Shown here one piece after another: positions 1 to 11,720 of a DNA stretch of 64,000 nt (position 1 is its first letter; every line of letters begins with the position of its first letter). Where the stretch lies: positions 310,001 to 374,000 of the forward strand of contig NW_026781864.1 of the NCBI RefSeq assembly GCF_031769215.1, written 5' to 3'. The notes beneath the pieces are model-generated. The model was not told where the DNA came from and made no database searches. It saw only the letters and a program-made list of their open reading frames with translations. Both the position numbers and the translations under genes were made by a program. The stretch comes from Ylistrum balloti. Lineage: Eukaryota.

Positions 1-684
1 TATTCTTTTAATTTGGTGGTAGACTGTTACTGGACTTTTACATATTTTTTATTTGGTTTGGTTTTTACCTAAATCTGTGTTCTTATTTTCACTCCAGTGC
101 CTATTGTTTGGTGTGATCTCTGTTTAGAACATTCTGCCATTCCATACATCATATCATCGCATAACTGCCCTGTTATCAAGACATCTATAAATTGTGTTAT
201 GACTTCAAGTGTAATAACACCAAGCAGTGCTGTAATTGGCTGAAGGTTCAATAGCTATTTAATTTGTCTAATCTTGTCAGTCGGATAAAATATGTTTTCA
301 CGAATACTCACTAAAGTATATTAGGTATATGATAAACAGAAGCTTGTTATTCTTTTCCATTTGTTTTAAGATTTATGGAGCTTTTTCATTTGACCTTACC
401 TGAGTCTCTGTGAAATCAAAAACCTAAGATTCATTTCCTCAATTTTATATGAAATGGAAACAAAAGATCCAGCCTAATGATAAGTTAAAAAGAACAAAGC
501 CATACACTTTAAACAGTAAATAATTTATTTTGAGTTGAAGAAATTATAAAGCTGTTATGCGGATTTCCAGTCCTTTTTATTATATGTGTTTAATTTTGTA
601 ATGTGACATTGATTGAAAATAAAATATTGTTTAAATAAACAATATTGGAGTGAGCATCACACTTTTGAGGACTTTACCACTGTA

Positions 685-3600
685 AAAAGTACTGGAGTGA
701 GTACCACATTGTTGGAAACAGTACCAATATTAACAGTACAGGAGTGAGTACCACACTGTAGGAAACAGTACTACTATTAACTGTACAGGAGTAAGTACCA
801 CTATTAACAGTACAGGAGTGAGTACCACTATTAACAGTACTGGAGTGAGTACCACTATTAACAGTACAGGAGCGAGTACCACAATTAACAGTACAGGAGT
901 GATTACCACGATTAACAGTACAGGAGTGAGTACCACTCTGTCGAAAACAGTACCACTATTAACAGTACAGGAGTGAGTACCACTATTAACAGTACAGGAG
1001 TGAGTACCACGCTGTAGGAAACAGTACCACTATCAACAGTACAGGAGTGAGTACCACACTGTAGGAAACAGTACCACTATCAACAGTACAGGAGTGAGTA
1101 CCACTATTAATAATACAGGAGTGAGTACCACTATTAACAGTACAGGAGTGCGTACCACTATTAACAGTACTGGAGTGAGTACCACACTGTAGGAAACAGT
1201 ACCACTATTAACAGTACAGGAGTGAGTACCACTATTAATAGTACAGGAGTGAGTACCACTATTAACAGTACAGGAGTGCGTACCACTATTAACAGTACTG
1301 GAGTGAGTACCACACTGTAGGAAACAGTACCACTATTAACAGTACAGGAGTGAGTACCACTATTAATAGTACAGGAGTGAGTACCACACTGTAGGAAACA
1401 GTACCACTATTAACAGTACAGGAGTGAGTACCACTATTAACAGTACTGGAGTGAGTACCACTATTAACAGTACAGGAGCGAGTACCACAATTAACAGTAC
1501 AGGAGTGATTACCACGATTAACAGTACAGGAGTGAGTACCACTCTGTCGAAAATAGTACCACTATTAACAGTACAGGAGTGAGTACCACACTGTAGGAAA
1601 CAGTACCACTATGAAGAGTACAGGAGTGAGTACCACACTGTAGGAAACAGTACCACTATTAACAGTACAGGAGTGAATACCACTATTAATAGTACAGGAG
1701 TGAGTACCACTATTAACAGTACAGGAGTGTGTACCACTATTAACAGTACTGGAGTGAGTACCACACTGTAGGAAACAGTACCACTATTAACAGTACAGGA
1801 GTGAGTACCACTATTAATAGTACAGGAGTGAGTACCACACTGTAGGAAACAGTACCACTATTAACAGTACAGGAGTGAGTACCACTATTAATAGTACAGG
1901 AGTGAGTACCACACTGTAGGAAACAGTACCACTATCAACAGTACAGGAGTGAGTACCACACTGTAGGAAACAGTACCACTATTAACAGTACAGGAGTGAG
2001 TACCACTATTAATAGTACAGGAGTGAGTACCACTATTAACAGTACAGGAGTGCGTACCACTATTAACAGTACTGGAGTGAGTACCACACTGTAGGAAACA
2101 GTACCACTATTAACAGTACAGGAGTGAGTACCACTATTAACAGTACTGGAGTGAGTACCACACTGTAGGAAACAGTACCACTATTAACAGTACAGGAGTG
2201 AGTACCACTATTAATAGTACAGGAGTGAGTACCACACTGTAGGAAACAGTACCACTATCAACAGTACAGGAGTGAGTACCACACTGTAGGAAACAGTACC
2301 ACTATCAACAGTACAGGAGTGAGTACCACACTGTAGGAAACAGTACCACTATTAACAGTACAGGAGTGAGTACCACTATTAACAGTACTGGAGTGAGTAC
2401 CACACTGTAGGAAACAGTACCACTATTAACAGTACAGGAGTGAGTACCACTATTAATAGTACAGGAGTGAGTACCACACTGTGGGAAACAGTACCACTAT
2501 CAACAGTACAGGAGTGAGTACCACACTGTAGGAAACAGTACCACTATCAACAGTACAGGAGTGAGTACCACACTGTAGGAAACAGTACCACTATTAACAG
2601 TACAGGAGTGAGTACCACTATTAACAGTACAGGAGTGCGTACCACTATTAACAGTACTGGAGTGAGTACCACACTGTAGGAAACAGTACCACTATTAACA
2701 GTACAGGAGTGAGTACCACTATTAATAGTACAGGAGTGAGTACCACTATGAAGAGTACAGGAGTGAGTACCACACTGTAGGAAACAGTACCACGATTAAC
2801 AGTACAGGAGTGAGTACCACGATTAACAGTACAGGAGTGACTACCACGATTAACAGTACAGGAGTGACTACCACGATTAACAGTACAGGAGTGAGTACCA
2901 CTATTAATAGTACAGGAGTGAGTACCATGATTAACAGTACAGGAGTGACTACCACGATTAACAGTACAGGAGTGAGTACCACACTGTAGGAAACAGTACC
3001 ACTATGAAGAGTACAGGAGTGAGTACCACACTGTAGGAAACAGCACCACGATTAACAGTACAGGAGTGAGTACCACACTGTAGGAAACAGTACCACTATG
3101 AACAGTCCAGGAGTGAGTACCACACTGTAGGAAACAGCACCACGATTAACAGTACAGGAGTGAGTACCACACTGTAGGAAACAGTACCACTATGAACAGT
3201 CCAGGAGTGAGTACCACACTGTAGGAAACAGCACCACGATTAACAGTACAGGAGTGAGTACCACGATTAACAGTACAGGAGTGACTACCACGATTAACAG
3301 TACAGGAGTGAGTACCACACTGTAGGAAACAGTACCACTATTAACAGTACAGGAGTGAGTACCACGATTAACAGTACAGGAGTGAGTACCACGATTAACA
3401 GTACAGGAGTGACTACCACGATTAACAGTACAGGAGTGAGTACCACGATTAACAGTACAGGAGTGACTACCACGATTAACAGTACAGGAGTGAGTACCAC
3501 ACTGTAGGAAACAGTACCACTATGAAGAGTACAGGAGTGAGTACCACACTGTAGGAAACAGTACCACTATGAAGAGTACAGGAGTGAGTACCACACTGTA

Positions 3601-3965
3601 GGAAACAGTACCACTATGAAGAGTACAGGAGTGAGTACCACACTGTAGGAAACAGCACCACGATTAACAGTACAGGAGTGAGTACCACACTGTAGGAAAC
3701 AGTACCACTATGAAGAGTACAGGAGTGAGTACCACACTGTAGGAAACAGTACCACTATGAAGAGTACAGGAGTGAGTACCACACTGTAGGAAACAGCACC
3801 ACGATTAACAGTACAGGAGTGAGTACCACGATTAACAGTACAGGAGTGACTACCACGATTAACAGTACAGGAGTGAGTACCACACTGTAGGAAACAGTAC
3901 CACTATGAAGAGTACAGGAGTGAGTACCACTATTAACAGTACAGGAGTGAATACCACCATTAACA
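685..3965. repeat. Compound minisatellite: 27-bp unit interspersed with a 20-bp unit
   Basis: Unit A CACTATTAACAGTACAGGAGTGAGTAC and unit B CACACTGTAGGAAACAGTAC alternate irregularly. The minus-strand ORFs (VLTPVLLIV)n are its translation. Confidence 0.97.
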
Positions 3966-5154
3966 GTCTTGGAGGGATACTTCATTGTAGAAAACAATAC
4001 TTCAACAATACAAGAGTGACAACTACACTGTAAGGGATTGATAATTGCTACACAAAACACCATTTTAGTTATGTGTTAAGGGTAAGTGGAAGCAGGAAGG
4101 TTTTTCTCGATTCCCCCCAATAACCTCCTAAACTGTAATTGTTTATTTTCCATTGGAATTCTCTATAGGATGCTAGTCTGACGTCATGGCAGAATGCCAC
4201 GTCAATAACTGACAAGTTTTACAGCCTTCAGCCTATATATGTTATATTTTAGTCAACTAATTTCTCTAGAAATAGAACTAAGCCATTTGGCTACAACACT
4301 CTGCTAGTTTTCAGGGTCATATTTTTAAACAGAGCCTGCAGCAGGTGACACTCTTTAACTTTGAGGGTTTGTCTTAGTCGCAGTCTGCCATCAATAATGA
4401 TTTTTACTTGATTTTCACCACAAGAATTCAAGGATGGAATAGACAGCCTACAGCTAAACTGTCAGGTGGGAACCAGACATTCTCATCTACTTTGTTGTGG
4501 AGAGTTGGCGATTAGACTGTCATGACTAAAACGCTGTCGTTTCTTGTGTGTGCAATGAGCCAAAATCCCGAGAATTTAATCAAGTTGTCAACTGTTCTGA
4601 ACATGGAATTGTGTTTTTCAAGATGAGACTGATAAATGGTCTGACCTGCTCATCTTTGTTACTACATTTTATTTAAAGCTTTATTTTTCTCATCTTGTCA
4701 AACGGATAAGAATAAATTAGTCCTGTAATTAATATCCAATCTCTGTTAATGAAATATCTGATGTCTGGCTATAATTGAATATAGTCACAGGTTGTCTCAA
4801 GATGTCAAGGTTATTACAGGTTCATTCCCTGGAGGTCAACGGTCATTCAAATTAAACTTACTCTAGTTTACAACTATTGCAAAACCAGTTTTTCCAACTT
4901 ATATTAATTACTGTTGTTGGCACATATGGATACCATAGTATCTAGGGAAATTCCAGCTAGTTGGGCAAGTGATCACACACCCTTTCATGTCCGTTCCTGG
5001 AGTCAAACCTCTGGATACCACTCTGACACCCAAATCAACCACTCTAGTTCCACAAATAGAAGATCATTCTGTAGAGGTCAGGGGTCACTAGTTCATGATC
5101 TTTAGATGTCAGGGGCCATTGCGTTATATCATTATTATACATCAAGGACAACTA

Positions 5155-8100
5155 GAAAGACAGTGTCTGGTGTAGAGGGAAGGACAGTGTCTGATGTAGA
5201 TGGAAAGACAGTGTCTGGTGAAGTGTGAAAGACAATGTCTTGTGAAGAGGGAAAGACAGTATCTTGTGCAGAGAGATCAACAGTATCTGGTGAAGAGGGA
5301 AAGACAGTATCTGGTGAAGAGGGAAAGACAGTGTCTGGTGTAGAGGGAAGGACAGTGTCTGGTGAAGTGTAAAAGACATTATCTGGTGTAGAGGGAAAGA
5401 CAGTATCTGGTGAAGAGGGAAAGACAGTGTCTGGTGTAAAGGGAAGGACAGTGTCTGGTGAAGTGTAAAAGACATTATCTGGTGTAGAGGGAAAGACAGT
5501 ATCTGATGAAGAGGGAAAGACACTGGCTAGTGTAGAGGGCAAGACAGTGTCTGGTGTAGAAGGAAAGACAGTATCTGGTGAAGTGGGAAGGACAGTGTCT
5601 GGTGAAGAAGGAAGGCCAGTATCTGGTGTAGAGGGGAAGACAGTATCTGGTGAAGTGGGAAGGCCAGTATCTGGTGTAGAGGGAAAGACAATATCTGGTG
5701 AAGTGGGAAAGTCAGTATCTAGTGAAGTGGGAAAGACAGGGAAAGACAGTATCTGGTGAAGTGGGAAAGAAGACTGGTGAAGTGGGAAAGAGTATCTGGT
5801 GAAGACAGTATCTGGGAAAGACAGTATCTGGTGTGAAGTGGGAAAGACAGTATCTGGTGTAGAGGGAAAGACAGTATCTGGTGGGAAAGACAGTATCTGG
5901 TGTAGAGGGAAAGAAAGACTGGTGAAGTGGGAAAGACAGTATCTGGTGAAGTAGAGGGAAAGACTGTATCTGGTGTAGAGGGAAGGACAGTGTCTGGTGA
6001 AGAGAGAAGGCCAGTATCTGGTGTAGAGGGAAAGACAGTATCTGGTGACGTGGGAAGGACGGTGTCTGGTGAAGAGGGAAGGCCAGTATCTGGTATAGAG
6101 GGAAGGACAGTGTCTGGTGTAGAGGGAAAGCAGTGTCATGTGTAGAGGGAAGGAGAGTATCTGGTGAAGTCAGAAAGACACTGGCTGGTGAAGTGGGAAA
6201 GACAGTATCTGGTGTAGAGGGAAAGACAGTATCTGGTGAAGTGGGAAAGACAGTATCTGGTGAAGTGGGAAAGACAGTATCTGGTGAAGTGGGAAAGACA
6301 GTATCTGGTGAAGTGGGAAAGACACTGGCTGGTGAAGTGGGAAAGACAGTATCTGGTGTAGAGGGAAAGACTGTATCTGGTGTAGAGGGAAGGACGGTGT
6401 CTGGTGTAGAGGGAAAGAAAGTGGCTGGTGAAGTGGGAAAGACAGTATCTGGTGTAGAGGGAAAGACTGTATCTGGTGTAGAGGGAAGGACAGTGTCTGG
6501 TGAAGAGAGAAGGCCAGTATCTGGTGTAGAGGGAAAGACAGTATCTGGTGACGTGGGAAGGACGGTGTCTGGTGAAGAGGGAAGGCCGGTATCTGGTATA
6601 GAGGGAAGGACAGTGTCTGGTGTAGAGGGAAAGCAGTGTCATGTGTAGAGGGAAGGAGAGTATCTGGTGAAGTCAGAAAGACACTGGCTGGTGAAGTGGG
6701 AAAGACAGTATCTGGTGTAGAGGGAAAGACAGTATCTGGTGAAGTGGGAAAGACAGTATCTGGTGAAGTGGGAAAGACAGTATCTGGTGAAGTGGGAAAG
6801 ACAGTATCTGGTGAAGTGGGAAAGACATGTCAGGTGTAGATGGAAGGAGAGTATCTGTTGTAGGGGGAAAGACAGTATCTGGTGAAGTGGGAAAGACAGT
6901 ATCTGGTGAAGTGGGAAAGACAGTATCTGGTGAAGTGGGAAAGACAGTATCTGGTGTAGAGGGAAAGACAGTATCTGGTGAAGTGGGAAAGACATGTCAG
7001 GTGTAGATGGAAGGAGAGTAGGGGGAAAGACAGTATCTGGTGAAGTGGGAAAGACAGTATCTGGTGAAGTGGGAAAGACAGTATCTGGTGAAGTGGGAAA
7101 GACAGTATCTGGTGTAGAGGGAAAGACAGTATCTGGTGAAGTGGGAAAGACAGTATCTGGTGTAGTGGGAAAGACAGTATCTGGTGAAGTGGGAAAGACA
7201 TGTCAGGTGTAGATGGAAGGAGAGTATCTGTTGTAGGGGGAAAGACAGTATCTGGTGAAGTGGGAAAGACAGTATCTGGTGAAGTGGGAAAGACAGTATC
7301 TGGTGTAGAGGGAAAGACAATATCTGGTGAAGTGGGAAAGTCAGTATCTGGTGAAGTGGGAAAGACAGTATCTGTTGTAGGGGGAAAGACAGTATCTGGT
7401 GAAGTGGGAAAGACAGTATCTGGTGTAGAGGGAAAGACTGTATCTGGTGTAGAGGGAAGGACAGTGTCTGGTGAAGAGAGAAGGCCAGTATCTGGTGTAG
7501 AGGGAAAGACAGTATCTGGTGACGTGGGAAGGACGGTGTCTGGTGAAGAGGGAAGGCCAGTATCTGGTATAGAGGGAAGGACAGTGTCTGGTGTAGAGGG
7601 AAAGCAGTGTCATGTGTAGAGGGAAGGAGAGTATCTGGTGAAGTCAGAAAGACACTGGCTGGTGAAGTGGGAAAGACAGTATCTGGTGTAGAGGGAAAGA
7701 CAGTATCTGGTGAAGTGGGAAAGACAGTATCTGGTGAAGTGGGAAAGACAGTATCTGGTGAAGTGGGAAAGACAGTATCTGGTGAAGTGGGAAAGACACT
7801 GGCTGGTGAAGTGGGAAAGACAGTATCTGGTGTAGAGGGAAAGACTGTATCTGGTGTAGAGGGAAGGACGGTGTCTGGTGTAGAGGGAAAGAAAGTGGCT
7901 GGTGAAGTGGGAAAGACAGTATCTGGTGTAGAGGGAAAGACTGTATCTGGTGTAGAGGGAAGGACAGTGTCTGGTGAAGAGAGAAGGCCAGTATCTGGTG
8001 TAGAGGGAAAGACAGTATCTGGTGACGTGGGAAGGACGGTGTCTGGTGAAGAGGGAAGGCCGGTATCTGGTATAGAGGGAAGGACAGTGTCTGGTGTAGA

Positions 8101-8650
8101 GGGAAGGACAGTGTCTGGTGTAGAGGGAAAGCAGTGTCATGTGTAGAGGGAAGGAGAGTATCTGGTGAAGTCAGAAAGACACTGGCTGGTGAAGTGGGAA
8201 AGACAGTATCTGGTGTAGAGGGAAAGACAGTATCTGGTGAAGTGGGAAAGACAGTATCTGGTGAAGTGGGAAAGACAGTATCTGGTGTAGAGGGAAAGAC
8301 AGTATCTGGTGAAGTGGGAAAGACATGTCAGGTGTAGATGGAAGGAGAGTATCTGTTGTAGGGGGAAAGACAGTATCTGGTGAAGTGGGAAAGACAGTAT
8401 CTGGTGAAGTGGGAAAGACAGTATCTGGTGAAGTGGGAAAGACAGTATCTGGTGAAGTGGGAAAGACAGTATCTGGTGTAGAGGGAAAGACAGTATCTGG
8501 TGAAGTGGGAAAGACAGTATCTGGTGTAGTGGGAAAGACAGTATCTGGTGTAGAGGGAAAGACAGTATCTGGTGTAGAGGGAAAGACAGTATCTGGTGAA
8601 GTGGGAAAGACAGTATCTGGTGAAGTGGGAAAGACAGTATCTGGTGACGT
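5155..8650. repeat. 24-bp purine-rich minisatellite with higher-order blocks
   Basis: Unit GACAGTATCTGGTGAAGTGGGAAA and variants. The (GKTVSGEV)n ORFs are frameshifted by 23-bp variant units. Confidence 0.97.
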
Positions 8651-8684
8651 GGAATCAACAGTATATAATACAATATGTCAGAAA

Positions 8685-8818
8685 GTATAATGAAGGGCAC
8701 AAAATAAACACAAAATATCAGAAATGTTATGAAGGGCACACAAAATATCAGAAATGTTATGAAGGGCACACAAAATATCAGAAATGTTATGAAGGGCACA
8801 CAAAATATCAGAAAATAT
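8685..8818. repeat. 30-bp tandem repeat, about 4 copies
   Basis: GAAGGGCACACAAAATATCAGAAATGTTAT repeated. Confidence 0.9.
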
Positions 8819-9824
8819 GATGATCATAAAGCATGCCAATATAAAGATAACATTATTATTACAGAAATAAAATAGGTCTTTAAGAAAAATGAATTGTTTT
8901 TTATTATGATATTCTCTCTGAACTTAAGCTATTACGTGATGTGTATCATTACAGATACAATAATTAAGCCCCCCCCTCCCCCCAGATACACAAATTAGAT
9001 CAGAAAACTTAATCAGTAGCTATTATTTTCACATAATATTGAAAATTAAGACAAAAAAAGGAATTTGCACTTGGAAAAAATGAAACCACTTAGGATTAAG
9101 CCCCTATTGGATGTCCACTTGATTTCCTACAATCTCAAATGCCTGACACTAACCTCAATACCGGCCAGCAGTTCCACAGCATCAGGGAACAAGGTACACA
9201 CCACCTTTAAGTTGTCAATGCTGAAACTGTGAACAGTGGTTAAGTTAGTGGCGACTCCAATATTCAGTTGTACCTTAACAACCCTCCACGGAGTCTTATT
9301 TCAATGGAAGGAAGCATTTTTGACAAGTAATAACATTATAACTGAGTTATCAAGTGCACTTTTACTGTATTTGAACCAGTATGGAAGAGGCCTGAACATT
9401 ATTTAATGATGATTGTATGATTGAGTCAATACAGGATGACAACACATTCATTAGGACAAAGGATCAAAGCCAACCTTCACTCAGCAGAGCATGAGGGTCA
9501 CTGATTCGGCTCAGGAGCATCACTGAATTGGTGATTTGGATGGAAAGGTTCCTCAGTGTGTAAAGATTTCAGGGTAGATAACTCGTTTTTCAGCGCTATC
9601 TGTGATCTACCAGGGGAGATAACTATTGTTTCAACTGTATCTGGAAGGTCAGTGATCTGATAAAATCATTTCCTACATTCTCATCATTACTTTTGTTTCT
9701 TCAGTTCTCTATTTCAACACTAATGGTATCAATATTCTCTTTAACTAATAAACTGACCGAGGTTGCCATCTTTCTAGAAGTACACTTTTGGCCATTTTCA
9801 TAAACTGCCTAAATGATGTCCTAA

Positions 9825-10255
9825 ATCGGAACCATCATTTTCTTAAACTACGATTATTGTCATAAATCGGGACCATCATTTTCATAAACTACCATCATTG
9901 TCATAAAAACTACCATCATTGTCATAAAAACTATCATCATTGTCATAAAAACTACCATCATTGTCATAAAAACTACCATCATTGTCGTAAAAACTACCAT
10001 CATTGTCATAAAAACTACCATCATTGTCATAAAAACTATCATCACTGTCGTAAAAACTATCATCACTGTCGTAAAAACTACCATCATTGTCGTAAAAACT
10101 ACCCTCATTGTCATAAAAACTACCATCATTGTCATAAAAACTGCCATCATTGTCATAAAAACTGCCATCATTGTCATAAAAACTACCATCATTGTCATAA
10201 AAACTACCATCATTGTCATAAATTATGACCGTCATTATCATAAACTACGATCATT
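9825..10255. repeat. 21-bp minisatellite
   Basis: AAAAACTACCATCATTGTCAT repeated; source of the (FYDNDGS)n and (FMTMMVV)n ORFs. Confidence 0.95.
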
Positions 10256-10907
10256 GTATACAATCATTGTTCACATAAACTTCCACCACCCATCTATAAC
10301 TTTCTAGAATCTATATCTATGTTATTCTATTTGTTTATTTGCAGTAAAGAGATGTATTGTTGTTTAATTGCATGTATTATTGTGTTGTATTTTGATGTCA
10401 GCTTCTGACAAATGAGTGTATATCATGTACAAGCATTTGTCATATACAAGCATTTGTCCTTTACTTTTTCTATATAACTAGGAGATATTCAAAGGAATAT
10501 ATTTTCATTGCCTTAGGGACAAATTTGTGAAAATATTTGAAAGAGTATTTCTGAATAACAAGGCTATGTAGAGAAAAGATGTTGCGGTTTCTCACATACT
10601 TAAGGAGAGGGGGATACCAAGATTATTTCAAGGTCGTTGTGTAAAATGAGTTTAAATTTCATAAACTTTTCAAAAGCAAAGAAAAAAGAGAATGTAAGAT
10701 ATAGCATGTAGGCATACAAGTGTTCTCATAAATTCATGACCTTGGTTCACTTTAAAAATTGTGTATCACTAAAAAAAAAGTCTTCCACAAAGATCCATAA
10801 GGTAAGGAGTTAAACACTGTTCTGTGTGAAATGTTTAAAACTTGCAGGAAATGAAAATACAAATTAACTTTCCTTGACCTTGAATAAAAAACTTTTGCCT
10901 GTATCAC

Positions 10908-10944
<37 letters not shown>
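10908..10944. repeat. (TA)n(GT)n microsatellite
   Basis: Directly visible. Confidence 0.95.
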
Positions 10945-11399
10945 AACAGAAGAATAATACAGACCAAAATGCTCCCTTGTTAAAAAAACTAATTTGGGTT
11001 GTATCAGGTTCTATTTATCTGGATTATTATCAATCTGGATACACTTTAGGGAAAAAATGTTTTAAGATTACTGTAGGTAGACAATGGTATAATAGTTACA
11101 GCTTTATTTCTGTAATAAGTTCAGATACCTGAACATTGATTAGAACTTACTATATTTCTCCAACTATAAGCCTGTACTTTAAGTATGCCTTTTGATATTT
11201 TTTTGTGATAAACCGATCAAGAGGTGCCCATACATTATTTTCACTACAAAAGCAAATGCCCACATGTTAATTACGGCTTACTCTACTTCTCCTAGAATAA
11301 GCCCAGGTGCCAATACATTAATTATGGCTTGCGTTGTTTTTTCAATAAACCAAGATGCACATTTATCATGAAGATCAACACTGTAATAATGTATTGAGG

Positions 11400-11720
11400 T
11401 GGGCTCATCTCAAGACATGTGACTTTCATTTACTTTCCTTCTGAACATGTAACAGATGGGCTTATTACAAGACAATCGTGTGACTTTCGTTGACTTTTCC
11501 AGTGAACCTGTTACAGATGGGCTTATTTCAAGACAATCATGTGACTTTCGTTGACTTTTCCAGTGAACCTGTTACAGATGGGCTTATTTCAAGACAATCA
11601 TGTGACTTTCGTAGACTTTTCCAGTGAACCTGTTATGAATGGGCTTATTACAAAACAAAGACATGACTTTTGTTGACTTCTCTACTGAACATCTTAGGGA
11701 TGGGCTTATTAATAAACAAT
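11400..11720. repeat. 61-bp tandem repeat, about 5 copies, degenerate at the edges
   Basis: GATGGGCTTATT motif at 11455, 11516 and 11577 (61-bp period). Confidence 0.9.

Noticed and set aside
730-10241. Long repetitive ORFs (VLTPVLLIV, GKTVSGEV, FPSTPDTV, FYDNDGS)
   Set aside because: They are translations of minisatellites, open on both strands and broken by non-triplet units, with no credible splice or start context. The same applies to the ORFs at 18528-20081, 25589-26768, 33157, 37584, 40239, 52282, 53234, 56878 and 61753.
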